NCBI GenBank assembly: GCA_973895155.1
Contig: OZ316896.1
Location: 8,391,539 to 8,455,538, forward strand
Source of the DNA: Marsupella aquatica
Taxonomy: Eukaryota > Plantae > Marchantiophyta
Direction of reading: 5' to 3'
Length of the DNA stretch: 64,000 nt
Shown: piece by piece, positions 14,101 to 28,083 of the stretch
How the letters are laid out: every line of letters begins with the position of its first letter
Position numbering within the stretch: the first letter of the stretch is position 1
Translations under genes and position numbers: made by a program
The notes under the pieces: generated by a model
Databases searched by the model: none
What the model saw: only the letters and a program-made list of their open reading frames with translations
What the model was told of the DNA's origin: nothing

Positions 14101-16119
14101 CTTCGTCATTTCTGCTTCCACTCCATTCTCTACCACAAGATTTTTTCGCTTTTATGTACTTGTATCACAATGTCTATTAGGAATTGTAAGTATTCCAGGA
14201 ATTACGTTATCGTTTCAAGCATTTGAGTGAGCAGAATATAAAGAATGTATCTAGTTTCAGTCATTTGGAGAACAAAACGGGCATAGTCAGTCATTTAATT
14301 AACTTCCTAAAACTCAAAAGCAGCAGTGAAAGAAAATGCTCTTTACAGGATAATGAAAAGCTTGTCCACTGCTGCCATCACTAAGGCTCTGCTCCACGCT
14401 CACAGCAAAACCGAATCCCGCCAACTTCCAGGCGCCACTGGCTGTTATATAGACTGCCTGCATGAAACAGCTAACACTGAGAACCCTGAAGTTCACGTAA
14501 GGACTGTAACTATGGTGACAGCGATGACGGGGCAACGATTGTCTTACCCTTACCTTTTTTCAAATTGAACTGATAGGCTAACATGGACCACTTACAACTT
14601 TATTAGGCAGTTGGGAAGAGCACTTAATATTAGAAAGGTCAGAAGTATACATGCTGAACAAATGTGGCATTTGAACATGCTTGAATCTGGGCAACTCATT
14701 ATTCTAAACAGCACCCTACAATTGAGGGCAAAATACCATCAACAATTGGTTTTAAGGAACAAATATCCGCCAAGAAAAACGCTTTGAATAATTCCTTTGT
14801 CAAGTACTGCAGTCTCCCTAATCCAAATTTTGACGCGAGTTGCAAGGGATACCACCTTCTCACTACAAAGGGCAGTCGTGCTCTAGTAGGAGGCAAGGTG
14901 TGCACACAGATGAAGTCAAGGGCTAGCATTACATCCTAATGAGGTTCAATACCTCTGGTGATATGCCTCGATGGATAAGATGCGCATTATTGTGTAGAAA
15001 CCCAAGTGTCTCTGCAAGCTGCAGCAGTCCGTGCTTAATTTCCAGCTGACTCAACTCCTGCAAAGTATTGTCGGCAGTGTCAACTTCCGCATTTATCCTC
15101 TTCAAAAATATTCGATCTTCTCGTTGACAATTTTACCAAACCCTAAAGCAATTAGTCTGACCATAGCTCATGGGGAAAGGCTACGCCCTCAAGATTGACG
15201 TGTCAATACTGAAGTAGGCCAAACAGTATTTGCTGTACAAACTCCAAGGACTTAGAACGAATGTTTCTATGACAAAATTGAGAATGGCTTAGACATTAGC
15301 AATTTCAAATTCCATCTACGTTCCGAAGACTTTTCTGATTTGTAAATGATTTAAAGGCATTCCATCTACATTGCGAAGACTTTCCGGATTTGAAAATCAT
15401 TTGGTTAGTGGCAGAGCCACTCACACAATACCTAAACTTTCAAATTTACAACATCGTTACCCTAAGTTCGACCCAGAGGGAAGTCTGAAATCTTTACAAC
15501 AGAGCACAAGAAGTAACTTGACGAAAATTATGGAAACCGGCATGATACTCAAAGTATTTCTTTCGCATTATTGCCAGCTGGATAAAGCGAAATCAAAGGT
15601 GTAGGTAATGTACTGTGCACACACCAGATTCCTCAACTCTTTGGGAGTATCTCCAACGTTGTCTAGCCTGCCCAACACATTGGCGACGGATGCGAAAATT
15701 GGTTCAGTCACCATCGCCATTGCACCCTTGCTTTCATCGAGCCCTTGAATCACCCTCACCACCCCTGGATGTCTCAGCCTCATGAGCTGGGCTGCATCAG
15801 CTCTCACGACGTCCAGGAATGCATCCTCTGCAGCCTTGGAAATGCCCGCTCTTAATCTTAGATCTACCAGCGACTTCTTGTCGAGCACCCAGACGCAAAC
15901 CTCTGGGTTGTGAACCTGCATGGCCTTGTTCCGCGGTCTTCCTGAATACAACTTCCAGATCAGCCCCGGGCCCCCAGATCCCACTTGGTCCAAGAGCTCA
16001 TAATCCTGTAATGGCTTGGGACCTGTCACTTCTTGAACTGTGCTCTGCACTGTCTTCTCTATTGCGGCCCCGGCCTTCGCCAGGGCCTGCCTGAACATAC
16101 TCATATCCACATACGACAT
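8106..16119 (-). CDS. SCYL2: SCY1-like protein 2 (pseudokinase + HEAT repeats + disordered C-terminus), 14 exons, 907 aa
   Basis: Exons (minus) 16119-15625, 15057-14953, 14457-14347, 13876-13694, 13570-13444, 13162-13101, 12547-12461, 12070-11984, 11490-11377, 11075-10947, 10482-10420, 10123-9962, 9563-9445, 8985-8106 join in frame (2724 nt). N-terminus [71 protein letters not shown] and C-terminal NLLDLL match plant SCYL2. Confidence 0.95.
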
Positions 16120-16848
16120 CCTGTCTGCCTGCCTGAGCTGGAATTAATCGGCCAATACGATCAATTAGCCGATTGAGCTCCCAATTCCTGCCTAGCTAAG
16201 AGACCAAAAGCCCATCTACACGAAGGCTCCCTTCTCTACCGCCTCGCGTGCGCACCACTCTTCTTCAATCCATCGTACCACACCATTCATAGATTTTTGA
16301 GCAAGTCGACTGGACGGATCTCACCGACCGACGGAAGAAACTCTCAAATCCATCCGTCTACCCTACAAAGACACAGAGGCATTCATCCAGACAGTCAGCG
16401 CGGTCTTGCACAGATTCGCAAGCCACGAATTCATTCACAACAAAGAGTTGAAACGAGGGGGAGGAGGATGTTATCAGAAAAGCAAACCAACCAACCTCTC
16501 AGTCCACTCTTCTTCCTCCGCGGTTGTGGAGAATTGAAATCCGGGGGCAGCAGTGAAAATGACGGCATTCTTCAGAAAGAGGAAGCAGTCCGCAAGAAGG
16601 AGAATCGTCCGCGGGAGGAGAAGGAGAGAGCGGAGACGTCGCGAGGAGGTTCATGGTGTCGTCGACGGTGGTCTTACGAGGTGGAATCGCAATTGACAGA
16701 CTTCGAAGGAAAGCTACTCTGATGATTGTACTCACTGTACACCTTCTCAGTCTTCACACAGTTCTGGGAATCAGAAATCTTACTATATTAAATGGCGATG
16801 CGAAACTACTTTGAAGGCCTACAGTCTAGATTGAAGCCTGAGCCTGTA

Positions 16849-16928
16849 GACAATCATTGTTAGGGGGCGATAATTGAATTAGGGGTGGAGACAATCATTG
16901 TTAGGGGGCGATAATTGAATTAGGGGTG
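16849..16928. repeat. ~40-bp direct duplication
   Basis: GACAATCATTGTTAGGGGGCGATAATTGAATTAGGGGTGG present twice in tandem upstream of SCYL2. Confidence 0.85.
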
Positions 16929-17814
16929 GGGGTGAAAAACGGGGATGAGATGGAGTAGTGCCGTAGTGGTGAGAGTAGTGCGCAGCATTTGAAACTAGAG
17001 TCCCTTGTGAAGAGAGACTCGGTGGAGTAGCTACGCATTTGAAAATAGAGTCTCTTCACGTTATCAAACTAATTCCTATTTTGTTTAGTAATTTAGGTTC
17101 ATTCGTTCCATACAGTGAATACACTCATTCTCGCTTTGAAAATTTTGTGGTGAATACACTCATTCTCGCTTTGAAAATTAATCCGTGGACCCCCATGTTC
17201 ATCCAAAGAATATTTGTGTGATTAAGTGAAATTAATTTTCATCAAGGCGATAACCAACGGTTTTGAGTCTCCCAATGGTGTTGGTGTTTGCTCATACAAA
17301 AACAAATGCTCAAAAGATAGAGATTAATCAAACGGAAGGTTGAATGTGGAGGAATTGAGTTTTCTTATAGGTTTTGCTTACACATTGGAGAAATAATCTT
17401 TCAACCATTCTTGATTGATTGATTGTTTGTGAGTTACATTGAGCATTACCACCACAAGACAAACTAGAGCACAACACTCAGCTGTTGGCAAAAGAGCGTT
17501 TGTCAATTTGGTGGGAAGAATGTTCACACAAAACGAACGAGCCGTCACTTCAAACAAAGGATTTGTAGTTATTTTTATTTAAGAAAGCTATGCTGTGAGG
17601 GGAAGACCAACACTTGTTTCTTTGACATAGAGGCTGCATTTGGCGTCAACCTGTGTTCAGAGTGAGCTTTAGTTGAAGACTATCTAAGAGATGCGAACAA
17701 TTCAAGCCGGGAAGCAAGCATTGTGGACAAGCGATGGTGACGTAATCAAAGAAATCAATTTGTAGCGGCTAAGTTTGTGACGGTGACGAGATTGTGATAT
17801 CTCTTAATCGAGAA

Positions 17815-18310
17815 AGGGTTTCCAATGAGCCTCAAATTGACAAATTTTGTCAAGTTCCATATGAGTTTTTGAATATCTTTGTCTTTCCAATGAGTGTTAG
17901 TATAAGAAATTTTGATTATGAGTTCATGAATTATTTTAGCTTTCTAACATTAAGTCTGACATTTACAAATTTTATGTCAGATTTTGTCACGGTGCTCAAG
18001 AGATCAGGAGGTTTTCAATCTTTTTAGCTTTCTAATGTGTGACATTGAGATTATTTGTCAAGAAATAGAGAGATCATGAGTATCTAAATTTCTCTAGCTT
18101 TCCAATGAACCTAACATTGATAGATTTTGTCAAGTACTGAAGAGATGATGAGTTTTTAATTTACTCTAGCTTTCCAATGAGTGACATTGAGAGATTTTAT
18201 CAAGACATTACTAAAGAGATGACGAGTTTCTAAATCTTGATCTTGAATTTTCCAATGAATCAAACATTGGAAAATTTTATCAAGTACTAAGGAGATTTAT
18301 TATTTAGTTT
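17815..18310. repeat. Degenerate ~60-70-bp tandem repeat
   Basis: Recurring TAGCTTTCCAATGA...ACATTGA...ATTTTRTCAAG...GAGATSATGAGTTT motif, about 7 copies. Confidence 0.7.
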
Positions 18311-19390
18311 TACAATGTGAAACCAAATGGGTTTTAATTATGTACATTTCTATCGATTAATTTTTTCAAACTTGTAAACAATTAAAAAATACAAACATTT
18401 TGATATAAAACACTGATATATCTTTGACAAACATCAAAATGGTAACTTTGTTTTACTAAATGACATCTCTTCCTTTGTATTTTGGTTTTTTACGTTTAGT
18501 ATTTACGGCATGGCGCCCCAAAAATTACATTGCTTTTGCCACAAACAGGAATGTGCATGTTTGTTATTGTTAGAAGTAGGATCATTCCTGTTTGTGGCTA
18601 GTTGTGATGATGTGGCGCAACCTCATGGTAGAGAATTTGCAAGAGACCCCTAATGGGGGTCCGTAACTAACACTTTTGGTAATGACTATACTAGCGTGAT
18701 TACACGTTCCTTGAACATAAATAGATATGAAGAAAAATAATCTTGCATAATAAAATTTCTATGCTATTTCACTAGTCTTTGTCCAATCTTTGTTTTCTGT
18801 CCACCCTCATTTCAATTTTGTCTACTCTCATTTAAAGTTTGTTCACTTTTGTCTTGTATTAAGGGTTACGGTCTACTCTCATTTAAAGTTTGTTCATTTT
18901 TGTCTTGTATTAAGGGTTACGGTCTAGAGTCTCACTCTAGACCGTAGACCCTTAAGAGTAGACTTCGTTCGCATGTTATAGTAAGATTGCTTTTTCAATA
19001 AGTGTTGGGTTTTTGATAAAGTTTTTAACTACTTCTTGGCTAGATTGTTTTTGCGTTTTGGATATGAAGTTTGGTTCAAAAGCTTTAGCCAAAGGTGCTA
19101 TTGAAATCTTGGGTCCTTATGGAATTTCGTACACAATTAAGAAAAAAGAGTCAGTGGAGTAGGGCCTACATGTGAAGATAGATGGCTTGGGGAGGTCGCA
19201 GGTGAAGAGAGTAGATGGCTTAGGGAGGTCATCTGTGAAGAGATCAACAATTGTCATTGAGGCTTGAGAGCTATGGTGAAATGGCCAGCTCTTCTGCAAT
19301 TACTTGAAGAAGCTTTGGTCAGTTGTTGTTATTGAGGGTCAACACTTTTTTATCTTCGCCTCTATTCATGTTCAACGATAGTCGGGCTAG

Positions 19391-20640
19391 TGCACTCTGG
19401 AAAATGGACAAACCACGGATTAGCTCTACTCTATTGTGTAAGCTCAGACGAAATCTATCTCCCAAATGTTTAGTCAAATACTGTTTCTAAGTTTGCCTAG
19501 GATCTATGAAAACATACATTCCCTTCCCTTCCATAAATAAATTGGACTCTGGAAAGTAGTCAAGCCACCCCTTCCCCAATTCTAAAGCACTCTGGAAAAT
19601 GGTCAAATCATTGATTAGCTCTCAGCTAAACTCATACAGAACCTCCCTGCCTTCCGCTACTCCCAAATCTTAGTGAGATAGGATTTATAATTTTGCTTCG
19701 GATCTAAGTATGACAACATGCATTTCACTAGAAAAGGGAAGGGAAGGGAAGGGAAGGGAAGAGCACATGCACTCTGGGAAATGGTCAAACCACATCATTG
19801 ATTAGCTCTCAGCTACCGTGTAAGCTGAGATGGAATCCCTCACCCAAAACTTTTAAGAAGACCTAGGATCTATGAAAACATGCGTTTAAATTAGGAGGAA
19901 GGGAAGGGAGACCAAGGGTAAATGTAGTCTTTAAAATGGCCAAACCACTAATCAGCTCTCAGCTACATTATAAGCTGAGATGGAATCTCCCGCCCAAAGT
20001 GATTACTGAGAGAGGCTATTAAGTTTGTCTAGGATCTGAAAACACACATTTCCCATCTCCCTTCCCTAAATAAAATGCACTCTGGAAATGGTCAGAAATG
20101 GTCAGACCACTGAGTAGCGTTCAGCTAAACTCAGGTGGAATCTCCCTCCCAAACTTTACTGAGATAGGATATGATCTAGCGTTCCTAAGGATGTATGAAA
20201 ACATGCATTCAGAAGGGAATGGAAGGGAAGAAAAGGGAACTACTAGAAGAAAAGGGAGGGGGATGGGAATGCACTCTGCAAATGATCAAAACCACAGATT
20301 ACTCTCAACTAGGGTACAGGCTCAGATGGAATCTCTCTCCCAAACATTTTACTGAGATAGCATTTTTAAGTTTGCCTACATCTATGAAAACATGCATTTT
20401 AATTAAGACATATAATTTAGATTAGAAAACGCAACTAAGGGAAGGGAACAGCAGCATGCATTTTAATTAGGAGGACATAAATTTAGAGTAAAAATCACAC
20501 TAAGGTAAGGGAAGGGATGGGCGAGGAAAGGGAAATGCACTGTCTCTGAAAATTGTCAAACAGCAGATTAGCTTTGAGCTATAAGCTGAAGTGGAATCTC
20601 ACAGCAAACTTTATGAGATAAGATTTATAAGCTAGCATAG
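19391..20640. repeat. Degenerate tandem repeat, ~150-260-bp units, ~7 copies, with (GGGAA)n tracts
   Basis: Recurring TGCACTCTGGAAAATGGTCAAACCAC...ATTAGCTCTCAGCTA...GGAATCT...CCTAGGATCTATGAAAACATGCATTT at ~19391, 19587, 19768, 19923, 20076, 20270, 20536. Confidence 0.8.
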
Positions 20641-20660
20641 AATATATCAAATGACTGGGG

Positions 20661-21003
20661 TGTTGAGCATAGACGACACTCGTAACGGTAAGCACATGAC
20701 ACATCCACTGCACAAGTAGTCGACACAAGAAATACGTGGTTCACCTCCTCGAGGCTACGTCCACAGGAACACACAAGAGAGCTTTATTGAACTCTAAGCC
20801 CGTTGGCCATACCAAGTCTCCACAGTGTAAGCTCTTCTCATCTCTCAAGTGGCTCCATAATAATGAGCCTAAGTTCCACTTATCCAAGCAAACATCACTT
20901 GGCATATAGTGTGCATCCTAGTTAACCTAACCACGTCTTTGACTATGGTTAGCCTAACTACGGTTACATGTCGTAACCCTAGACCTTGAGTAAATACCTA
21001 ACA
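20661..21003 (-). mobile_element. Solo LTR, copy 1 of a ~340-bp family
   Basis: TGTTG...TAACA termini; flanks TGGGG/TGGGA (near 5-bp TSD); homologous to 21509-21852, 31279-31623 and, inverted, 22253-22554. Strand is relative only. Confidence 0.85.
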
Positions 21004-21508
21004 TGGGAATCTTAGTTAAGATGACATATATTCAGTGTAAAAAATATTTGACTTTCTTACAAACCACATTTTTTAGTTATTTTTTTTAAAGATCCCATCT
21101 TACCTTATGACTTGATTAGCAAATGCCATAAGCCCTTTGCCTTGGGTTTCCAAGAAAATGTGTTGCACCAAAAAAAATTTGAGGCACACCAAAAATTATT
21201 TTCTGGCTGCCATTTTTTAAGAAATAGTGATGTAGTAGAACTGGCCCTATATGGAAACAAGCGGTGACCACAACATCAGTCAGAACTCCAAACCTTTGCT
21301 TTGTCCACTCAATTCATAGATGTAGTCTAACTCTACACCACATTTACTTACAACTTCCAGGAACAGAACATATGCTTTCGGAATGGGGATGAAGTCCAAG
21401 TTATTTCTTTCTAAATCATCTTGGAAGGTTGGTCAAGCTTAGCAAAATGTCCCCCTCAAGTGCGGCCACCCTTTGCATTTCTTCTCTCAACTGGGATTTC
21501 CTCACTTT

Positions 21509-21852
21509 TGGTGAGCATAGACTACATTCACAACGGTAAGCTCATGACACATCCAACGTACAAGTAGTCAACACAAGAGATATGTGGTTCACCTCCTCGA
21601 GGCTACGTCCACAAGGACACACAAGAGAGCTTTACTAAACTCTAAGCCCATCGGTAATACCAAGTCTCCACACTGTAAGCTCTCATCATCTCTCAAGTGG
21701 CTCCATAACAATTAGCCTTAGTTGCACTTATCCTAGCAAGCACCGCTTAGGATATAGTGTGCAACTTAATTAACCTAACCACATCTCCGACTACGATTAG
21801 CCTAACTATGGTTACATGTCATAACCCTAGATGTAAGAGTAAACACCCAACA
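21509..21852 (-). mobile_element. Solo LTR, copy 2
   Basis: TGGTGAGCATAGAC...CCCAACA; flanks ACTTT/ACTCT; collinear with copy 1. Confidence 0.85.
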
Positions 21853-22252
21853 ACTCTGGGATTCACTTTCCTTAATACTGGAGCGTCAGTGGCCCCTCCC
21901 CTTAGTTTGTGTTAACTCACAGTCCGGAGCCCCAGCTACGGGGGAGCCATAATGGCTAGCCCTCCTCCTTTAAACTCACTAGCCATGTATAAGGGGGAAA
22001 AGGTCCAAGACTTCTCTCTTTTCACATTGATTCTACTCATTCCTCTCCTCTCGGGCTCGCTCTCGGGTGCCACTTTGCTCCACAATTTCAGGAAAAGTGT
22101 ACTATTCATGGTGAAACCTGGTGGATCCATATTTTGTAATGGCTAACTGTGGTGGTTTAAGCATGTAATTAATCTTTGTGCCCTACTGCAACTTTGTAGT
22201 TCCTTTGGATGGCCACCCCAACCTCAAGCCTTTGGTCGCCTCCCCACAACCG

Positions 22253-22554
22253 TGTTAGGCATCTAGGGTTTGCAAGTCGTGGCTCACTTACTATGGTCGC
22301 AAACTAGGTTAGGTGGACTAGGTTGCACACTATATCCCATACGGTGGTTGCTTGGATAGGAGGAACGCAGACTCATTGTTACGGAGCCAGTTGAGAGATG
22401 GGAGACTTGGTATGGCCAACAGGCCTAGAGTGCAGTAAAGCTCTTGTGTGTTCCCTTCAACTGAGGTGAACCACGTATCTCTCTGACTATGTCAACTACT
22501 TGTGCGTTGGATGGCTCATGGAATTGTTGTTGTGAATGTTGTGTTTTCTCAACA
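22253..22554 (+). mobile_element. Solo LTR, copy 3 (inverted, more diverged, internal deletions)
   Basis: TGTTAG...CTCAACA; reverse complement shares GGTTCACCTC, GAACACACAAGAG and GCCATACCAAGTCTCC blocks with the other copies; flanks AACCG/AGTCG. Confidence 0.75.
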
Positions 22555-23490
22555 AGTCGGGTGTCCCTTCTATTGAACACCCAAATCAAATCCATGACTT
22601 TTGATGAAATCAGGTCCCCCACTTAAGCACTCACCTGCTCCATAAAGCACCCCCAAAATCCCTCTTTTAGCCCGGGCTCTCAACATGGCCGTAATGTTGA
22701 GGCTTTATGCTTTGGAAATATTTATCATAAAACTCCCTCTCAAAACTCCTCAAAAAAGGTTCTTCTCCTCAAAACCAAAAAAACTAGAAACCACTTGGGA
22801 GAGTTCATTGAACCACAAGGAATGATAAGAATGATAATAAATTAAAATGAAAAGGAACCTACATGTGTATATACACCCTTAGGGGTCTCACTATATAGAG
22901 GCCTCCCTATCACCTGTGATATTTTTAGGCCTCAAACCCCCTAAAATGTAAGATTTAAATAAATTTTTAAAAACCCTGTAAAGTTAAAATATTCTTAGAA
23001 TGTTCCAAAATTTTGATTAGAAAGACCCTCATGTTCTTATTAGTCTTGAAATTGGATTTAAAAGACTCTATTGTTATTCTGAGAAAATTTGTAAGTCTTC
23101 CCTTAGAACCAATAAAATGACCCTATCTTTCATTGAACGTGATGTGTCATTTTTGTGGAAGTGAAACCCTCGAGTATACACCTAGAATTTTGGCTTATCT
23201 AGTACATTCACATAACCAGGAGATAAGTTAAGGTCCGTTTCCATGGACATTGACTGTGTCACACATTCTCATAGTGGAAAATAACATAGTGGCTGCAAAG
23301 GGGAAGCTTTTGAAGGGGTTTGCAAAAGCTGTGTAGTTTGATCATGTGGACAGCACTTGCTAAATTCCTCTAGTTGTTGCCTCCATGGTATTCGAGGTAT
23401 ACATGCATTGTGCCATGTGGACCCACAGACTGACCTCCTTAAATAGGGACCCTCTTTCCCCATGACAGTTACAGCTGTTTTCATTTGAAA

Positions 23491-24935
23491 TGGCAAAGTT
23501 TGGAAAAAAGGTTATTCAAGCTTAGTAGGATGCCCCCCATGAGTGTTTCAGTTATTTTTTATATAAAACCCCAAAGTTTGCAAAAAGGGTTGTTCAAGCT
23601 TAGTAAACTGCCCCCCATGATTGTTTCAGTTGTTTTAATTTGACACAGCAAAGTTTGCAAAAAAGGTTTGGAAGCTTAGTAAAATGTCCCCCCATGAGTG
23701 TTTCAGTTGTTTGACACAGCAAAGTTTGCAAAAAAGGTTGTGCAGGCTTTGTAAAATGCCCCTCGCCCCCATGAGTGTTTAAGTTGTTTTAATTTGACAC
23801 TCCAAAAGTTTGGAAAAAAAAACTTGTTCAAAAAAGTAATATGTCCCAACCCCCCCCCCCCCCCTGCCCACCCCCACATGAGTATTTCAGTTGTTTTGAT
23901 CTGCCATTGAAAAGTTTGCATAAAAGGTAAAATGTCCCCGCCATGAGTGCTTTAGGTGTTTTGATTTGACACGGCAGAGTTTGCCAAAGAGGTTGTTCAA
24001 GCTAAGTAACATGTTCCCCGGGCCCCATGAGTGTTTCAGTTGTTTTAACTTGAAAAGGCAAAGTTTGCAAAAAAGGTTGTGCAAGTTTTGTAAAGTGTCA
24101 CCCCCCCCAGTGTTCAAGGTGTTTTAACTTGACCCCCAAATTTTGCAAAAAGAGTTGTTCAAGCTTAGAAAAAAGCCCCCACCCACCATGAGTGTTTCAG
24201 TTGTTTTGATTTTCCATGGCAAAGTTTGCAAATAAGGTTGTTCAAGCTTAGTAAAATGTCCCATCATAGTGTATCAGTTGTTTTAATTTGATATGGCAAA
24301 GTTTGCAAAAAGGTTGTTCAGGCTTTTTAAAATGCCCCCACCCCCCATGAGTGTTTCAGTTGTTCTTGTTTGACACTGCAAAGTTTGAAAAGAAGTTTGT
24401 GCAAGCTTAGTAAAATGTCCTCCCTTGAGCGTTTGAGGTGTTCTAAATTGACACGGCAAAGTTTGCAAAAAAGGTTGTCCAAGCTTAGTAAAATGGCCCC
24501 TCTTGAGTGTTTCAGTTTTTTAATTTGACAAGGCAAGTTTACGGAAGGGTTGTTTCAACCTTAGTAGAATGTCCTCCCATGAGTGTTTCAGGTGTATTGA
24601 TTTGACATGGCAAAGTTTGAAAAGAAGTTTGTGCAAGCTTAGTAAAATGTCCTCCCATGAGTGTTTGAGGTGTTCTAAATTGACACGGCAAAGTTTGCAA
24701 AAAAGGTTGTCCAAGCTTAGTAAAATGGCCCCTCTTGAGTGTTTCAGTTTTTTAATTTGACAAGGCAAGTTTACGGAAAGGTTGTTTCAACCTTAGTAGA
24801 ATGTCCTCCCATGAGTGTTTCAGGTGTATTGATTTGACATGGCAAAGTTTGCAAAAAAGGTTGTTCAAGCTTAGGAAAAATGTCTCCCCCCCCCCTCCCC
24901 CCCCTCCATGAGTGTTTCAGTTGTTTTAATATGAT
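23491..24935. repeat. ~78-bp minisatellite, ~18 copies, with a 232-bp (3-unit) higher-order duplication
   Basis: Consensus GGCAAAGTTTGCAAAAAAGGTTGTTCAAGCTTAGTAAAATGTCCCCCCATGAGTGTTTCAGTTGTTTTAATTTGACAC; ~24381-24612 nearly identical to ~24613-24844. Confidence 0.95.
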
Positions 24936-25132
24936 ATGGGTGTAAAGTGCTCAGTCCCAATGTCGGAGTCCGGCCAAGGGGTTTAAGTTCAGTTGACACA
25001 AGTGCTCACACACCAAAATAACTTGGATATTCCAGTTTAAAGCACATTGAATAGTTGAAATTCTATGGGATGATGTGGATTACTCACATGATCTTCAGAT
25101 TTACCCAGGTCTCTGATTGGACCTGCTATCAG

Positions 25133-25366
25133 ACCATTTTGTTCTAAATCCATGCCATCCGAGTCATAATATACATATTCATAGATTCTATCTGAGCTTA
25201 TAAATCTTGGCCATTTTGTTCTACATCCATGCCATCAGAGTCATAATTATATACATATTCATAGATTCTACATGAGCCTTTAAACCTTGACCATTTTGTT
25301 CTAAATCCATGCCATCCAAGTCATACTATAGATATTCATAGATTCTATATGAGCTTATAAATCTTG
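25133..25366. repeat. ~78-bp tandem repeat, 3 copies (unrelated to the preceding array)
   Basis: CCATTTTGTTCTAAATCCATGCCATC..AGTCATA..ATACATATTCATAGATTCTA..TGAGC.T.TAAA.CTTG three times. Confidence 0.9.
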
Positions 25367-28083
25367 CATTTTAACTACATTTTGTCACTAAAGTTATTTC
25401 AATTTACAATAGTGCCGCTGTTTTTGTGAAACCAAAGCCCGGATGGACTTGAAGATTGTCTCCCATCATCCCCATTGACTGTGACACATAAACTAAGCAT
25501 TTACACCTAATGATGAGAAAATCTAGGTAATCAATGTTCTAATTGTTTACCTAGGTTTCAAGTACCTTAGGAGACTATGTACACTTGAAAGTGAACTGAA
25601 AATATGTATTGAATGAAACAAAGGTTTACATCTAGTATTGTATTTGAAATTTTTGAGACCTCCGCGACGGCAAAGTAGTGGAAGCACTTATTGTAAGAAG
25701 AGTAACGCTCTTTTGAAAAATATCAATTCTTGGAGCTCTACAGTGGGAAATTTAATTGAAGTGCTCTTTGTGAAAGAGCAATGCTCTATGAAAAATAAGA
25801 TTTCTCAACAATACTCTCTTAGATTAAAATCTGAGATAACTCTGTTGCAGCAAAATAAGTCAAACCTCTTCTTAACACAAGAGCGACACTCTATGGAAAA
25901 TACAATTCTGTCTCAAGAGCAATGCTCTATGAAAATTAAGATTCGCACCCAGTTTTCCTAGTGGAAATTGTTATATTGGTTCATGGGGATTGTGTTGCTT
26001 GTTTCCCCCTTTTGTGGGATTTTTGCGATCTATATATTATAAACATAAAAATATTCGTGAGGAAAAAATTGAATTTATTTTGCTTTTGCTCATTGAACCA
26101 AACTACTTGAGGCGCTAGAGTAAATTCTGAATTGCTTAGTCTATATAATTTTATTACCACAAAGGCCAGATTAGGCATACAAATTTCTAAACATACCTTA
26201 CACATTTTATATTTTTTTATTGAACTCTAAAAAAATGGTTAAAGTGACTAGCTTGAGGGAAAAGGATATTAAGAGAATACAATGAGGCTTGCAATCAAGG
26301 CTGATCTGGTTGGTACATGGTATCTTTGAACAAAAAATGGACAAAGGTGGTACTTTGACAAGGTACTTTTGGACAGATGAACAAAAGTGATGATGTGACA
26401 TGATATTGTTGGACACAAGTGTAACAAATAATATCCAAGCATGTAAGTGTGTTTGAGTCAAGTTAATCCAAGTTTGATTTGTCCATAGGCCTTCATAGCC
26501 AACATATCAATCCATCCTGATTTTAAGTTTGTTTTTTTAATATTTACAAATATAACACAATCTTTGTATTTGGACAACTTTGTTAGATTGGTGAACTTGT
26601 TGTCCATATACAAAACCTTGGCATACTTGTAAATAGCAAACAAATAGCCCTAGTACTAACATTTGGAACATGCAAAAGTAGCTAAAAGTTGATAAATCTT
26701 ATCCAAGCAAAACGTTTGGCATGGGTATCGCTTGAACATTGTTCCGTGCAAACCCCTGATAGGATGTCATTTTGGGCCACCCGTGGGCGACTTGACATAC
26801 GATATTTATAACATGTATATAGATACGTATAGTATGGTGTCGTGATCGGAGATATTTATTCTCCAATACGGTAACCCGAGGTGAGTCAGTTGACAAATCG
26901 TTGACGACTCACGACTCAAAGAGGCTTTTGGCGGGTCTCAGGTTTTTGAAACTTTACGCCGTAAAATTATACTTTTTTGAGGAAAGGAGCATTTATACGC
27001 TCTCTCAAGCGTGAAGCGTGAACGAGAACGAGGTCCGCAATTCCTCGTGAATCCTCGTTGGTGAGTCTTCGTGACTTTGTCGTTGTGGAAAAGAGCATTA
27101 CTTTACGCGCTCTCCCTTTCTTTCTGATAAACAAGCAGGAGGTCCGCAATTCCTCCTGAATCCTTTTTGATGAATCTTTGTGACGTTGTCGTTGCGGAGG
27201 ATTGATAGGAGGAGGAGGGTTCCTGGTTTGTCGGGCGCTTTGGACGCCGAGTCGTAGTGCGATGTTGTGTGGAGCTTTGGAAGGACTAGCGCATTCGGGG
27301 CATCGGTAGTGAAGGTCCTCCGCTCGTGGATGCGAGTCTCTGCAAGGTAATCCAATCTCTTGCAGATATAAATAATACATTTGTAACAGGTGCGAGAGGC
27401 CTGTCAGTCAGCACTTCACTGTGGGAATCGATCGAGCTGCCGTCAACTCACTCTTCGGGAGTGTTTTTCTGTTTGGGAAAGCTCAAGCCGGTAGTGTAAC
27501 AAACTCGGTGTGTGCGCAAGCTGTGTCTTCAGCCAGTGGAGTCGATCGGAAGGAGTCAGCTGATTGCGCAAACGCTTGAGAAGACTTGTCCGCCCACTAA
27601 TCATTCATCGGATAGGAGTTGAGTGAATTCGATTTCTCTCCGCACCTGAACACCCTGCAGGTACGGGGACGGATTGCAGGTGTTCAGCGAACTCGAATTC
27701 ATCAATTGTGTGCGGTGTTGCAGGACAGGACGACCCTGTCCAAAAGGGTGCGATCAGGGAGACATTACGTTGTTCAGGAGGGGGCGGGGGCGATAAGGGT
27801 GATTCGGAACCTCTGGAGATCGTTTTAAAGTGGCTTGATCTGGAGCTCCGTGTTTGGTATTGCATAATTAAGCGGCAACTGTTCGGTCAAAGCAGTGAAT
27901 AGATCTTTGCTTTTTAAACACACAGCTTTGTTGAGTGTTTCTGGTATTTGAACCAAGAAAGGGAAGGAGATTGCGAGATTTGTTTTGAAGTGGGGCACAG
28001 CCAGGGTAAGGCAGGGGAGGGCAGGGTTCTCTAGTTCCCTTGCACGAATCTTTGATACCACCAATGATCGTAGGTTGCCGACT

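Noticed and set aside
16297-16735. 141-aa plus-strand ORF upstream of SCYL2
   Set aside because: Non-ATG start, low complexity; antisense to the CT-rich SCYL2 5' leader.
23491-24935. CRISPR-like array or repeat-protein ORFs
   Set aside because: Contiguous tandem units without unique spacers, eukaryotic context, no cas genes; the ORFs are by-products of the repeat.
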